Source: Gemmatimonadota bacterium | GTDB taxonomy: Bacteria; Gemmatimonadota; Gemmatimonadetes; Gemmatimonadales; GWC2-71-9 | Reading direction: 5' to 3' | NCBI GenBank assembly: GCA_036679645.1 | Contig: JAZDCY010000052.1 | Location: forward strand, 1-26,041 | Length of the DNA: 26,041 bases | Shown here: positions 18,364 to 26,041 of the stretch, one piece after another | Position numbering within the stretch: the stretch's first letter is position 1 | Layout of the letters: the number at the start of each line of letters is the position of its first letter | Made by a program: the position numbers and the translations under genes | The notes under the pieces: model-generated | Database searches by the model: none | Told to the model about the DNA's origin: nothing | Seen by the model: the letters and a program-made list of their open reading frames with translations, nothing else

Positions 18364-20403
18364 CTAGGAGCTCAGCTTTCGATACTTCTCAAACCACGCC
18401 AGAACGTACTCCACCTTGGCAATCAGGTTACTCGGCCGGTTGGCGATGCCGTGGCTCGCGTCCGGGATGCGCACCATAGCCGACTCGACGCCGCGAATCT
18501 GGAGCGCCGCGTAAAACTGCTCCGTCTCCGCTGCCGGCGTACGGTAATCCTCTTCACCCACGATCAACATGGTCGGCGTCGTGACGTTCCCTACCAACGA
18601 GATGGGTGAGCGCGCCATGTAGTGCGCCTCGTGCTCCCAGGGCGGGCCGGGGAACCAGTACTTGTAGAAGAAGGCCGGACCATCGGCATACAACACGAAG
18701 CTGTACCAGTTGATCACGGGTTTCTGCACCACGGCCGCCCGGAACCGATCGGTCTTGCCCACGATCCATGCAGAGAGCACGCCGCCGCCGCTGCCACCCG
18801 TGACGTAGAGATTGTCCTCGTCGATGTACCCACGGGAGACAACTGCGTCGACGCCGGACATCAGGTCGTCGTAGTCATGGCCCGGGTAGGCGTGATGGAT
18901 GAGGTTGCCGAACTCCTCGCCGTAGCTCGTGCTCCCGCGCGGATTCGTGTAGAACACGACGTACCCCTGAGCAGCATAGAGCTGCAGCTCTGCGGCGAAG
19001 TTGTCGCCGTACGACGCAAACGGGCCACCGTGAATCTCGAGCACGAGCGGATACTGCTGATTCGCGTCGAAGCCGGGTGGCTTCATGATCCACCCCTGCA
19101 CGCGGCGCCCATCAAATGACGACTCCCACCAGATCTCCTCGACTTCACCCAGTACCTTCTGGGCAAAGAGATCGGCGTTGAGCTGGGTGAGACGTGCCGC
19201 GTCGCGTCCCGCGCGCACCACGGCGAGGTCGGACGGATGCGCCGCGGAACCCTGCGTGTACGCAATCCAGCCGTCATCGGCCGTGGAGTACTGGCCGCTG
19301 CTATAGGGACGTCCCAGCGACACTCCACTGACATCGTTCGCGATCGTGGTCACGTCGCCGTCGAGGGTCGTGGATGCGACACGCGCGGTGCCGTGCTCGG
19401 TATACTGGAAGTAGACGCGGCGTCCGTCGCGGCTCCACGTGGGATTCCGCACGTCCCGATCGAACGCGCCCGTCACGAGCCGGCTACCCGTCCCATCCCG
19501 GTTCATGACGTACAGTTTGGTGACCTGATATCCCTGGAAGCGGTCGTCGAACCCCGTATAGGCAATCATCCGTCCATCGGGCGAGACGCGTGGCGAGCCG
19601 TCCGGCCCGAAACGGTCGGTGAGCTGCGTGAACTCGCCGCTCGCGACAGATACCGCGTACACGTCGGAGTTGGCCGGCTCGTCCCGCGCGTTCTCGTGAC
19701 GGTTGGCCGAAAACAACAACGCCGTGCCGTCGGGCGTCCAGCGTGCCCCGCCATGGTTGTAAGGACCGGTGGTTACTTGTCGGGGTGTCCCGCCGTCCGC
19801 GGGCACGACGAACAGTTGCGTATACCCATCTTTTAGATAGCCGCGCCCGTCTGCACGATAGTTGAGATCGTCGATGACGCGGATTGCCGGTCCCCAATCC
19901 GCTCCGTCCGGCGCGACAGGCATGTCGGGCTCAACGGTGGCCTCCTGCTCCGCAACGAACATCGAAAACGAAATCCAGCGTCCGTCCGGCGACCACCGCA
20001 GCCCACCGGGACTGCCGGTCATATTGGTCACCTGCGCTTCCTGACCGGTGTCCATCCAGCGCACGTAGATCTGCGATTGTCCATCCTGATTCGACACGTA
20101 CGCCAGCTGCGTCCCACCCCGTGACCACCGCGCTTGTGAGTAGCTGTTAGCGCCGGACTTGAGCGGTCGATGTCCCGTCCCATCCCGGTTGATGATCCAC
20201 AGATCCGAGCGAGCGCGATCGGTCATGATGTCGAAGCCGGTCCGCACGTACACGATCCGCCGGCCGTCGGGTGAGATCTGCGGATCGAGGACGCGCTCCA
20301 GCTCGAACACATCGCGTGCCAGGAAACGGTTACCGCTGGTCTGGGCAACGAGTGCGGGCGGAAGGACAAACAAGCCAACGAGTAGCGAGAGTGTGCGCTG
20401 CAT
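18364..20403 (-). CDS. S9 family peptidase (acylaminoacyl/dipeptidyl aminopeptidase), secreted
   Basis: Signal peptide; PD40-like propeller repeats (PQISPDG, WSPDG, VSPDG); IHGGP, NPRGSTSYG; nucleophile motif GGSGGG; GEEDYRT (Asp) and SHGI (His). Confidence 0.93.
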   Translation of the reverse strand: MQRTLSLLVGLFVLPPALVAQTSGNRFLARDVFELERVLDPQISPDGRRIVYVRTGFDIMTDRARSDLWIINRDGTGHRPLKSGANSYSQARWSRGGTQLAYVSNQDGQSQIYVRWMDTGQEAQVTNMTGSPGGLRWSPDGRWISFSMFVAEQEATVEPDMPVAPDGADWGPAIRVIDDLNYRADGRGYLKDGYTQLFVVPADGGTPRQVTTGPYNHGGARWTPDGTALLFSANRHENARDEPANSDVYAVSVASGEFTQLTDRFGPDGSPRVSPDGRMIAYTGFDDRFQGYQVTKLYVMNRDGTGSRLVTGAFDRDVRNPTWSRDGRRVYFQYTEHGTARVASTTLDGDVTTIANDVSGVSLGRPYSSGQYSTADDGWIAYTQGSAAHPSDLAVVRAGRDAARLTQLNADLFAQKVLGEVEEIWWESSFDGRRVQGWIMKPPGFDANQQYPLVLEIHGGPFASYGDNFAAELQLYAAQGYVVFYTNPRGSTSYGEEFGNLIHHAYPGHDYDDLMSGVDAVVSRGYIDEDNLYVTGGSGGGVLSAWIVGKTDRFRAAVVQKPVINWYSFVLYADGPAFFYKYWFPGPPWEHEAHYMARSPISLVGNVTTPTMLIVGEEDYRTPAAETEQFYAALQIRGVESAMVRIPDASHGIANRPSNLIAKVEYVLAWFEKYRKLSS

Positions 20404-20479
20404 GAGTATCAGCCTCGGTTATGGACACATCATCGGGTAGCGGAATGTGGCATAGGTAGCGGAGCCTCGCCAGCGGGCT

Positions 20480-21301
20480 CTAGTCCAGCGACGTGAGGTG
20501 TGCTTCCACGACCTCCAACCACTCCCGTGGGGCCTCGAGATGCACTGTGTGGCCGCACCTCGGTATCCCCGTGAGCTTCGCCCGGGGGAGCAGCGCGCCC
20601 ATTTGCTCGGCGGTTTCCAGTGAAGAGGTGTCCTCCTCGCCGACGATGAGCTGTACCGGAACATCAATCGATTCCAGCACCGACCAGAACGACGGCTGTG
20701 CGCCGCGGCCAAAACCACGCAGGCAGGCCGCGAGCGCCAAGGGATCATTGGCCACGAGTCGGCGGCGGATGGCCTTGCGTCGGGCGGCCGCGAGACGCCG
20801 CCGGCTCGCGAAGATGGGGAGCGCCATCCAGTGATCCGCGAACGCCTCGATGCCCTCGTCTTCGAGCAATTGGGCGAGGGTCTCGTCCTTCGCACGCCGC
20901 AATACGCGGTCGGCCTCTGTCTCGAGCCCCGGCGACGCCCCCTCGAGCACGAGTGAGCCTACACGATCCGGGCGCAGCGCGGCCGCCGCCAGCGCAAGCC
21001 GCCCACCCATTGAGTACCCGATCCACGTAGGCGCCCCAATGTCGAGCACATCGAGCAACTCGATCAGATCGTCGACGAGCGAACGGACATCATAGCGTTC
21101 GGGCAAGTGCGGCCTGGCACTTTGCCCGTGCCCGATCAGATCGACGGCGATGACGCGGCAACGCGCCGCCGCGTGGGCTACCAACTCCTCACCCCATGCG
21201 TCCGATGATCCGCCGAACCCATGCAGCAATACGGCCGCCGGACCGTCGCGTCCGGCCAGACGCACGTGGCAGCGAAGACCGTCCCGCAGTTGGATATGCA
21301 C
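20480..21301 (-). CDS. menH: Alpha/beta hydrolase, MenH-like (SHCHC synthase family)
   Basis: LLHGFGGS, DLIGHGQS, GYSMGGRLAL, LEGASPGL...R...D, W...PIFAS, GAQPSFW and GHTVHLEAP match the MenH subfamily pattern. No other men genes are in the window, so the function is less certain than the fold. Confidence 0.65.
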   Translation of the reverse strand: MHIQLRDGLRCHVRLAGRDGPAAVLLHGFGGSSDAWGEELVAHAAARCRVIAVDLIGHGQSARPHLPERYDVRSLVDDLIELLDVLDIGAPTWIGYSMGGRLALAAAALRPDRVGSLVLEGASPGLETEADRVLRRAKDETLAQLLEDEGIEAFADHWMALPIFASRRRLAAARRKAIRRRLVANDPLALAACLRGFGRGAQPSFWSVLESIDVPVQLIVGEEDTSSLETAEQMGALLPRAKLTGIPRCGHTVHLEAPREWLEVVEAHLTSLD

Positions 21302-21373
21302 GGATCGGAGAACGTACGGGTCAAAGCAGCCACCGCCAAGGAGGAGTCAGCGGGACCCTCCCAAACGTAGGTG

Positions 21374-21403
21374 TTGCACTTTTTCCCCCAATGGTGGCAA
21401 ACT
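21374..21403 (+). promoter_or_regulatory. Possible sigma70-type promoter for kup
   Basis: TTGCAC (21374-21379), 18-nt spacer, then CAAACT (21398-21403) with an extended -10 TG. It lies in an AT-richer patch of the divergent intergenic region. Confidence 0.3.
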
Positions 21404-21481
21404 GCCGGTCATGACAATCGGCCCCGGTGGCGCCAGCGGCCTCCCCTCGCCCCCAACGTCCCAGAACCGGACCCTCGGGAC

Positions 21482-23368
21482 ATGAGCGAGCAGAGCGAGA
21501 CACCATCCGGTAAACGGCTCTTGGGACTCGGGGTCCTGGCCATCGGGGTCGTCTACGGCGACATCGGGACGAGCCCCATCTACGCCCTGCGCGAATCGCT
21601 AAACCCCGCGCACGGCGTGGGCCCCACGCGTGACAACATCCTGGGTATCCTATCGCTCATCTTCTGGTCGCTCATCCTCGTCATCTCCATCAAATACCTG
21701 TTTCTCGTCCTGCGCGCGGATAACCGCGGCGAGGGTGGGATCATTGCACTGACCGCGCTGGTGATACCGCCCGGGCGCAAGCCGAGCCGCGGGGGTGTGT
21801 GGCTCGTTCTCGCCGGACTGTTCGGAGCGGCGCTGCTCTACGGCGACAGCATGATCACGCCGGCGATCTCCGTTCTGAGCGCCGTAGAAGGACTGGGGGT
21901 CGCCACACCCGCCGTCCAGCCGTTCGTGGTCCCGATAACGGTCGTCATTCTCGTCGCCCTCTTCAGCGTGCAGCGGCGCGGCACCGCCGGCATCGGTGCT
22001 GTCTTCGGACCAGTAATGCTGGTCTGGTTCACGACGCTGGCCGTGATGGGCGGCGCAGAAGTGATCCGCCACCCCGGCGTACTCGGCGCGCTCAGCCCGG
22101 TGCATGCCATCCGGTTCTTCATCGCTAACGGCATGCGCGGGTTCTTGGTCCTCGGGTCGGTGTTCCTCGTCGTGACCGGTGGCGAAGCCCTGTACGCGGA
22201 CATGGGACACTTCGGCCGCCGGCCAATCCGGTTGACGTGGTTCTACTTCGTGCTGCCAGCCCTGCTCCTCAACTACTTCGGCCAGGGCGCCCTGCTCATC
22301 CGCCGACCGGAAGCGCTTTCGCAACCTTTCTATCTGCTCGCGCCGGGTTGGGCGCTGTACCCGCTCATCGGCCTGACGACCGTCGCGACGGTCATTGCAT
22401 CCCAAGCCGTCATCTCGGGCGCGTTCTCGCTCACGAGGCAGGCCTTTCAGCTGGGATACCTGCCGCGCCTTCGCGTGCTGCACACCTCCGAGAAACAGAT
22501 CGGCCAGATCTATCTTCCGGCCGTCAACTGGGCCCTGATGATTGCGTGTGTGGGTCTGGTTCTCGGGTTCCGGGAGAGCGGACGACTCGCCGCCGCATAC
22601 GGTGTCGCGGTCACTACCGACATGGTGTTCACGACCATCCTCTTCGCGGTGGTGGCGTGGCGGCGCTGGAGATGGCACCCCCTGGGGGTCGCCGCGCTCG
22701 TCCTGGCGCTCCTCACCATCGATCTCGCGTTCTGGGGCGCCAACCTCCCGAAGATCCCGCACGGCGGCTGGTTCCCGCTGCTGATTGCCGCGGGCATGTT
22801 CACACTGATGACCACCTGGAAGCGCGGCCGCGAGATCCTCGGCCGCCGGCTGCGCGAGCGCACGTTCCCCATCGAGCTATTCGTCGAGGAGGTCAAGCGG
22901 TCACCACCGCCGCGTGTGCCCGGAGTCGCCGTGTTCATGGATTCGAACCCGGGCGGGACACCGCCGGCGTTACTCCACAACATCAAGCACAACCACGTGG
23001 TACACGAGCAGGTGGTCTTCGCAACCATCGTGGTCCGGGAGACCCCTTACGTCGATAAGACCGATCGATACGAGGTAACCGAGATCGGCGAAGGGATGTG
23101 GCGGCTCAAGGTGAGTGTCGGTTTCACGGAAGACGTAGACCTCCCGGAGTTGTTACGGCTTGCGCCGCTCGAAGCCGTGGACTTCCAGCCGATGAAGACG
23201 AGTTATTTCCTGGGCCGGGAACGTCTCATCGCCACGAAGAGGCCGGGCATGGCTATCTGGCGAGAACATCTCTTCTCTTTCATGGCGCGCAATGCGCTCG
23301 GCGCGACCAACCACTTCCACTTGCCCTCGAATCGTGTGGTGGAGATCGGTATGCAGGTGGAGATCTAA
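21482..23368 (+). CDS. kup: KUP/HAK/KT potassium uptake protein, 628 aa
   Basis: GVVYGDIGTSPIYA, RADNRGEGG, YGDSMITPAISVLSAVEG, TGGEALYADMGHFG, NYFGQGA, IASQAVISGAFS, GQIY, LAAAYG, ALLHNIKHNHVVHE and the C-terminal RVVEIGMQVEI. ATG at 21482. Confidence 0.97.
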   Translation: MSEQSETPSGKRLLGLGVLAIGVVYGDIGTSPIYALRESLNPAHGVGPTRDNILGILSLIFWSLILVISIKYLFLVLRADNRGEGGIIALTALVIPPGRKPSRGGVWLVLAGLFGAALLYGDSMITPAISVLSAVEGLGVATPAVQPFVVPITVVILVALFSVQRRGTAGIGAVFGPVMLVWFTTLAVMGGAEVIRHPGVLGALSPVHAIRFFIANGMRGFLVLGSVFLVVTGGEALYADMGHFGRRPIRLTWFYFVLPALLLNYFGQGALLIRRPEALSQPFYLLAPGWALYPLIGLTTVATVIASQAVISGAFSLTRQAFQLGYLPRLRVLHTSEKQIGQIYLPAVNWALMIACVGLVLGFRESGRLAAAYGVAVTTDMVFTTILFAVVAWRRWRWHPLGVAALVLALLTIDLAFWGANLPKIPHGGWFPLLIAAGMFTLMTTWKRGREILGRRLRERTFPIELFVEEVKRSPPPRVPGVAVFMDSNPGGTPPALLHNIKHNHVVHEQVVFATIVVRETPYVDKTDRYEVTEIGEGMWRLKVSVGFTEDVDLPELLRLAPLEAVDFQPMKTSYFLGRERLIATKRPGMAIWREHLFSFMARNALGATNHFHLPSNRVVEIGMQVEI

Positions 23369-23456
23369 CCGCGATACGGCGTCGCCGTCCAGGGCAAGCG
23401 ATCTAACCGGTGCACATCCGAACCAGAGTGTCACACCCCATTGATAATCTGGGTTC

Positions 23457-25121
23457 ATGAATCATTCAGCATATCAGGCATACCGCAATCAACTCCGAGA
23501 TGCTGCCGCACGGTGGTTCACGGAAAACAACAAACGGGTTCAACCCCACCGTCCGTACATCTTGCAGAGACATCACGACTGGCCCGACAACATCATCATC
23601 GAGGAAGTCGTCGATTACATCAACGAAGTCATGCGAGGGCGTGAGAAGAGCGACTCGGGCTTCGCATTGCACCAATACGTCCACCACGGGCTCAGCAGTC
23701 AGGCAATGCTCTTCAACTTGGTCGGGCCGTTGATAGTGAGGGACGACCTCGACGCAATGCGGCCGGCGTTCGAGGCAGCCGGCGTACCCTGGCCCAATGG
23801 AGCGGTCGCGGGCGAGTTCGAGTTTGAAGATCGCGAGGTATTCAACGAGCGGCAGTCGCAACCGACTTCCATCGACTTGGTGCTCGGCCCAGGAAACAGC
23901 TCACACACGTTGTTCGTAGAGGCCAAACTGACGGAGCAGGATTTTGGCGGTTGCTCACTATACAAGAGCAAAGAATGTGAAGGTGGAAATCCGGCGGCCG
24001 ATTTTGGTGGTTGCCCGCTGCACAAGAAGGGGCGGAAGTATTGGGCACTGCTGGAGAAGCACCAGTTCCTACGCGGCCCCATGAGTGAAGGCGCCCAATG
24101 TCAACTGGCGGACCATTACCAGTTCTTCAGAGAGTGCCTCTTTGCACTGGAGAAGCACGGCCACTTCGTGTTGCTCGCGGACGAGCGGAGTCCGGTGTTT
24201 CTTCCCACCGCAGACGGTGATGATGGTCTGCTTGCGGAGCTAACGAAGTTCGTTCCGGAGGAGCTGCGCGGTCGGATGGCGGCGGTGACGATTCAGGGTG
24301 TTATGGATGCAATTCGTGGGTCTGGGAGACATGGGGATTGGATAGAGCGTTTTCGGACGAAGTACGGGATGGATAGGCTATCACCGCAGCCGGGAGGTTC
24401 GCACGGAGGGTTCGTCGTTGGCCAACATGGACAAGGATCTCTAGGGACTTTGGAGGAACAGATGTCGGCAACCTTCTTGACGGACCTGTTCCGTCAGCTA
24501 AACGAGTTCAAGAAGTTCCCCAAGTACCAGTACGAGCGTCGGATCGATCCCTTTATCTCGATATTTCTGCCGCACGTATTGAAGGTGAGACTTGGGCTCA
24601 ATACGACTGACACGTGGCCGGAGTTCCCAGTGAGATCCAGAGCGATCGTTGCAAAAACAGGCAAGCAGACCTGGGCAGCACAGAACATCGACTATGCCTG
24701 TTACGATCGCGAGAAACAGGCGCTTGTGCTTGTCGAACTCAAGACTGACGTATCGTCGGTGAACGCGGACCAGCTCAGGTACTACAATCGCGTGCTTTCT
24801 AGAAAGTGGGAGGATACCAAAGAGGAGATCGACGGCATCAGAAACAACTCTGGAGCCAAGGGCAAGTACGATCACCTACTCTCGAAGCTTAGGGATACGG
24901 CGGTACGGGACGACCGGATGACTGCTGTCTATCTCGCACCTGCCTCAGCCGGCAACAGGTTCGCCGACGCCCTGAAGTCAAGTAACGCCTCGGCCTCAGT
25001 TCGCGACAAGTGGTCCTTTCTGTCGCTGGAGGAGTTCGCGAATACAGAGATCGAGACGCCATTTCAGAACGAATGGGCGACCATTAGCGGCGCACTCGAG
25101 TGTATCGCCAAGGACGCATGA
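23457..25121 (+). CDS. Tandem PD-(D/E)XK nuclease protein (N-terminal PGN_0703/REase-ARP-like domain + second restriction-endonuclease-like domain)
   Basis: Domain 1: LSSQAMLFNL...EFE...PTSIDLVL...LFVEAKLTE..FGGC...YQFFR. Domain 2: PKYQYERRID...PEFP...NIDY...VLVELKTD...QLRYY. GC is visibly lower than in flanking genes (29/60 in line 24541-24600). Confidence 0.72.
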   Translation: MNHSAYQAYRNQLRDAAARWFTENNKRVQPHRPYILQRHHDWPDNIIIEEVVDYINEVMRGREKSDSGFALHQYVHHGLSSQAMLFNLVGPLIVRDDLDAMRPAFEAAGVPWPNGAVAGEFEFEDREVFNERQSQPTSIDLVLGPGNSSHTLFVEAKLTEQDFGGCSLYKSKECEGGNPAADFGGCPLHKKGRKYWALLEKHQFLRGPMSEGAQCQLADHYQFFRECLFALEKHGHFVLLADERSPVFLPTADGDDGLLAELTKFVPEELRGRMAAVTIQGVMDAIRGSGRHGDWIERFRTKYGMDRLSPQPGGSHGGFVVGQHGQGSLGTLEEQMSATFLTDLFRQLNEFKKFPKYQYERRIDPFISIFLPHVLKVRLGLNTTDTWPEFPVRSRAIVAKTGKQTWAAQNIDYACYDREKQALVLVELKTDVSSVNADQLRYYNRVLSRKWEDTKEEIDGIRNNSGAKGKYDHLLSKLRDTAVRDDRMTAVYLAPASAGNRFADALKSSNASASVRDKWSFLSLEEFANTEIETPFQNEWATISGALECIAKDA

Positions 25122-25280
25122 AGAACCGCCGCTAGGGCGGTGGGCAGGACGAGTCTCGTTGACCAGCCCAAATCTATTCCTCACGCAGCCATGGCAAAAC
25201 TCGCCGAGGTTGAACGAGCGTCCTTCACGGACTTCCTCGCGCGGGGTTGCAGCCTTGCCCCAGGGTTCCATAGGGCATTC

Positions 25281-25706
25281 CTAGCTCGATGTGGTGCCGA
25301 ACTCGGGGGGTAGGTGCTGAAGCACCGCCTCGCGGACGCCCTCTGCCAGCGTCAGCGCTTCGCGGGCCTCTTCTCGATCCGGCTGGGGGAGGTCACCGGG
25401 ATACCGGGCCTCCACTCCGTAGGGAGTGAGGGCGGCTGCTTGTCGGGTCAGGGCCGCCAGCGATGGATCGGCCGTGTGCACGAGTTCCACAAGCCGGTCA
25501 ATGTCGTGAGTCTTCGGGAACTCGACCTGATGCCACACCAAGGCCGCCTTCAAGAATTTCTCGGCGGCCTGCTGTGCATGAAACGCCGCACTGTATGACA
25601 GGTCCGCTCCTCCGCTCAACAGGTGCCTCGCGGCCGCCAGATCAGCATGGCCCCGGCGGAGCCACTGGCGTACGAACCCTCGCTTGACCACCTCAGGCGG
25701 CTTCAT
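25281..25706 (-). CDS. HEPN domain protein
   Basis: WLRRGHADLAAA...FHAQQAAEKFLKAAL...FPKTHDI...LTPYGVEARYPG is the typical pattern of MNT-associated HEPN proteins. Confidence 0.92.
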   Translation of the reverse strand: MKPPEVVKRGFVRQWLRRGHADLAAARHLLSGGADLSYSAAFHAQQAAEKFLKAALVWHQVEFPKTHDIDRLVELVHTADPSLAALTRQAAALTPYGVEARYPGDLPQPDREEAREALTLAEGVREAVLQHLPPEFGTTSS

Positions 25707-26040
25707 AGATCACTCTCCCGTACCGCGCGGCCGGCCAAGCAATCCCCCCTATGACATCGCGGGTTTCCTCAAAGCGATCCTGGGTCATCACAATGACGTC
25801 AAAGGGGAATGGAAGATCTGCGAGCGCGGTCCGCACGCGCATCGCTTCCCGGCGCGCGTCCGCCACATGGTTCAGAACTACTAGGATATCGATGTCGCTG
25901 TCGCGGGTCATCCGTCCGGTGGCCGCCGAGCCGAACAGGATCATCCGCTCGGGCAGGCAGGCATCGAGGACGCGCGCGACGATCTCGGCGACGGTCTCGT
26001 CGCTGAGCTTGCCGAAGGAGGATTCGGGTGCCGTACGTTG
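25693..26040 (-). CDS. Minimal nucleotidyltransferase (MNT) domain protein, start at or just beyond the window edge
   Basis: The frame is open to the window end (QRTAPESSFGKLSDETVAEIVARVLDACLPERMILFGSAATGRMTRDSDIDILVV). GS and DxD motifs are intact. It overlaps the HEPN start by 14 nt. Confidence 0.9.
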   Translation of the reverse strand, partial: QRTAPESSFGKLSDETVAEIVARVLDACLPERMILFGSAATGRMTRDSDIDILVVLNHVADARREAMRVRTALADLPFPFDVIVMTQDRFEETRDVIGGIAWPAARYGRVIYEAA

Positions 26041-26041
26041 C

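Noticed and set aside
21302..21481. Possible c-di-AMP (ydaO) riboswitch upstream of kup
   Set aside because: The hallmark GCUGAAUC, GGGGUGAAU and CCCGUCAGCUAAC segments are not present.
21650..22762. 370-aa antisense ORF within kup, and the many other Arg/Ala/Pro-rich shadow ORFs across the window
   Set aside because: These are expected by-products of high-GC codon bias opposite real genes and show no recognisable motifs.
23363..23456. ATCTAAC after the kup stop as an integron attC inverse core
   Set aside because: There is no matching GTTRRRY end with an imperfect palindrome, no cassette array and no integrase.
25125..25141. ACCGCC-gctag-GGCGGT hairpin after the nuclease stop as a terminator
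   Set aside because: The stem is only 6 bp and has no U tract on the + strand, which is insufficient for a call.
25191..25313. Short + strand ORF MAKLAEVERASFTDFLARG...
   Set aside because: It has no SD, runs into the HEPN gene end and has no recognisable motif.
1..26041. CRISPR arrays, tRNA/rRNA genes, IS elements, prophage genes
   Set aside because: I saw no regularly spaced repeats, cloverleafs, transposase, integrase or phage structural ORFs, and the intergenic gaps are nearly all short.

Overview
High-GC, gene-dense bacterial window. The gene repertoire looks Gemmatimonadota-like, but that is inference only. From left to right: (1) the 3' end of an LVIVD/choice-of-anchor-B-like gene; (2) a tightly packed minus-strand operon of cupin, APC amino-acid permease, ACMSD-like amidohydrolase/decarboxylase, a 1032-aa three-domain fusion (hydroxylysine-kinase-like APH kinase + M23 peptidase + ETNPPL/PHYKPL-like PLP phospho-lyase) and an Oar-like TonB-dependent barrel with an unusual C-terminal LTxxQ helical tail; (3) yggT and yggU separated by a divergent pair, a histone-deacetylase-family protein with an extra, possibly GNAT-like domain and a secreted amidohydrolase; (4) a minus-strand lipoprotein cluster in which one gene is probably frameshifted; (5) a nucleotidyltransferase plus small-partner pair; (6) an S9 peptidase, a MenH-like hydrolase and kup; (7) a lower-GC accessory end carrying a 554-aa double PD-(D/E)XK nuclease with an internal start and an MNT-HEPN pair. 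I found no rRNA, tRNA, CRISPR array, integrase or transposase. The best candidates for undescribed systems are the kinase-M23-phospho-lyase uptake/catabolic operon, the tandem nuclease (possible defence gene), the HDAC with a GNAT-like domain, and the barrel with a Spy-like tail. All family assignments come from recognising motifs by eye; no database search was run.
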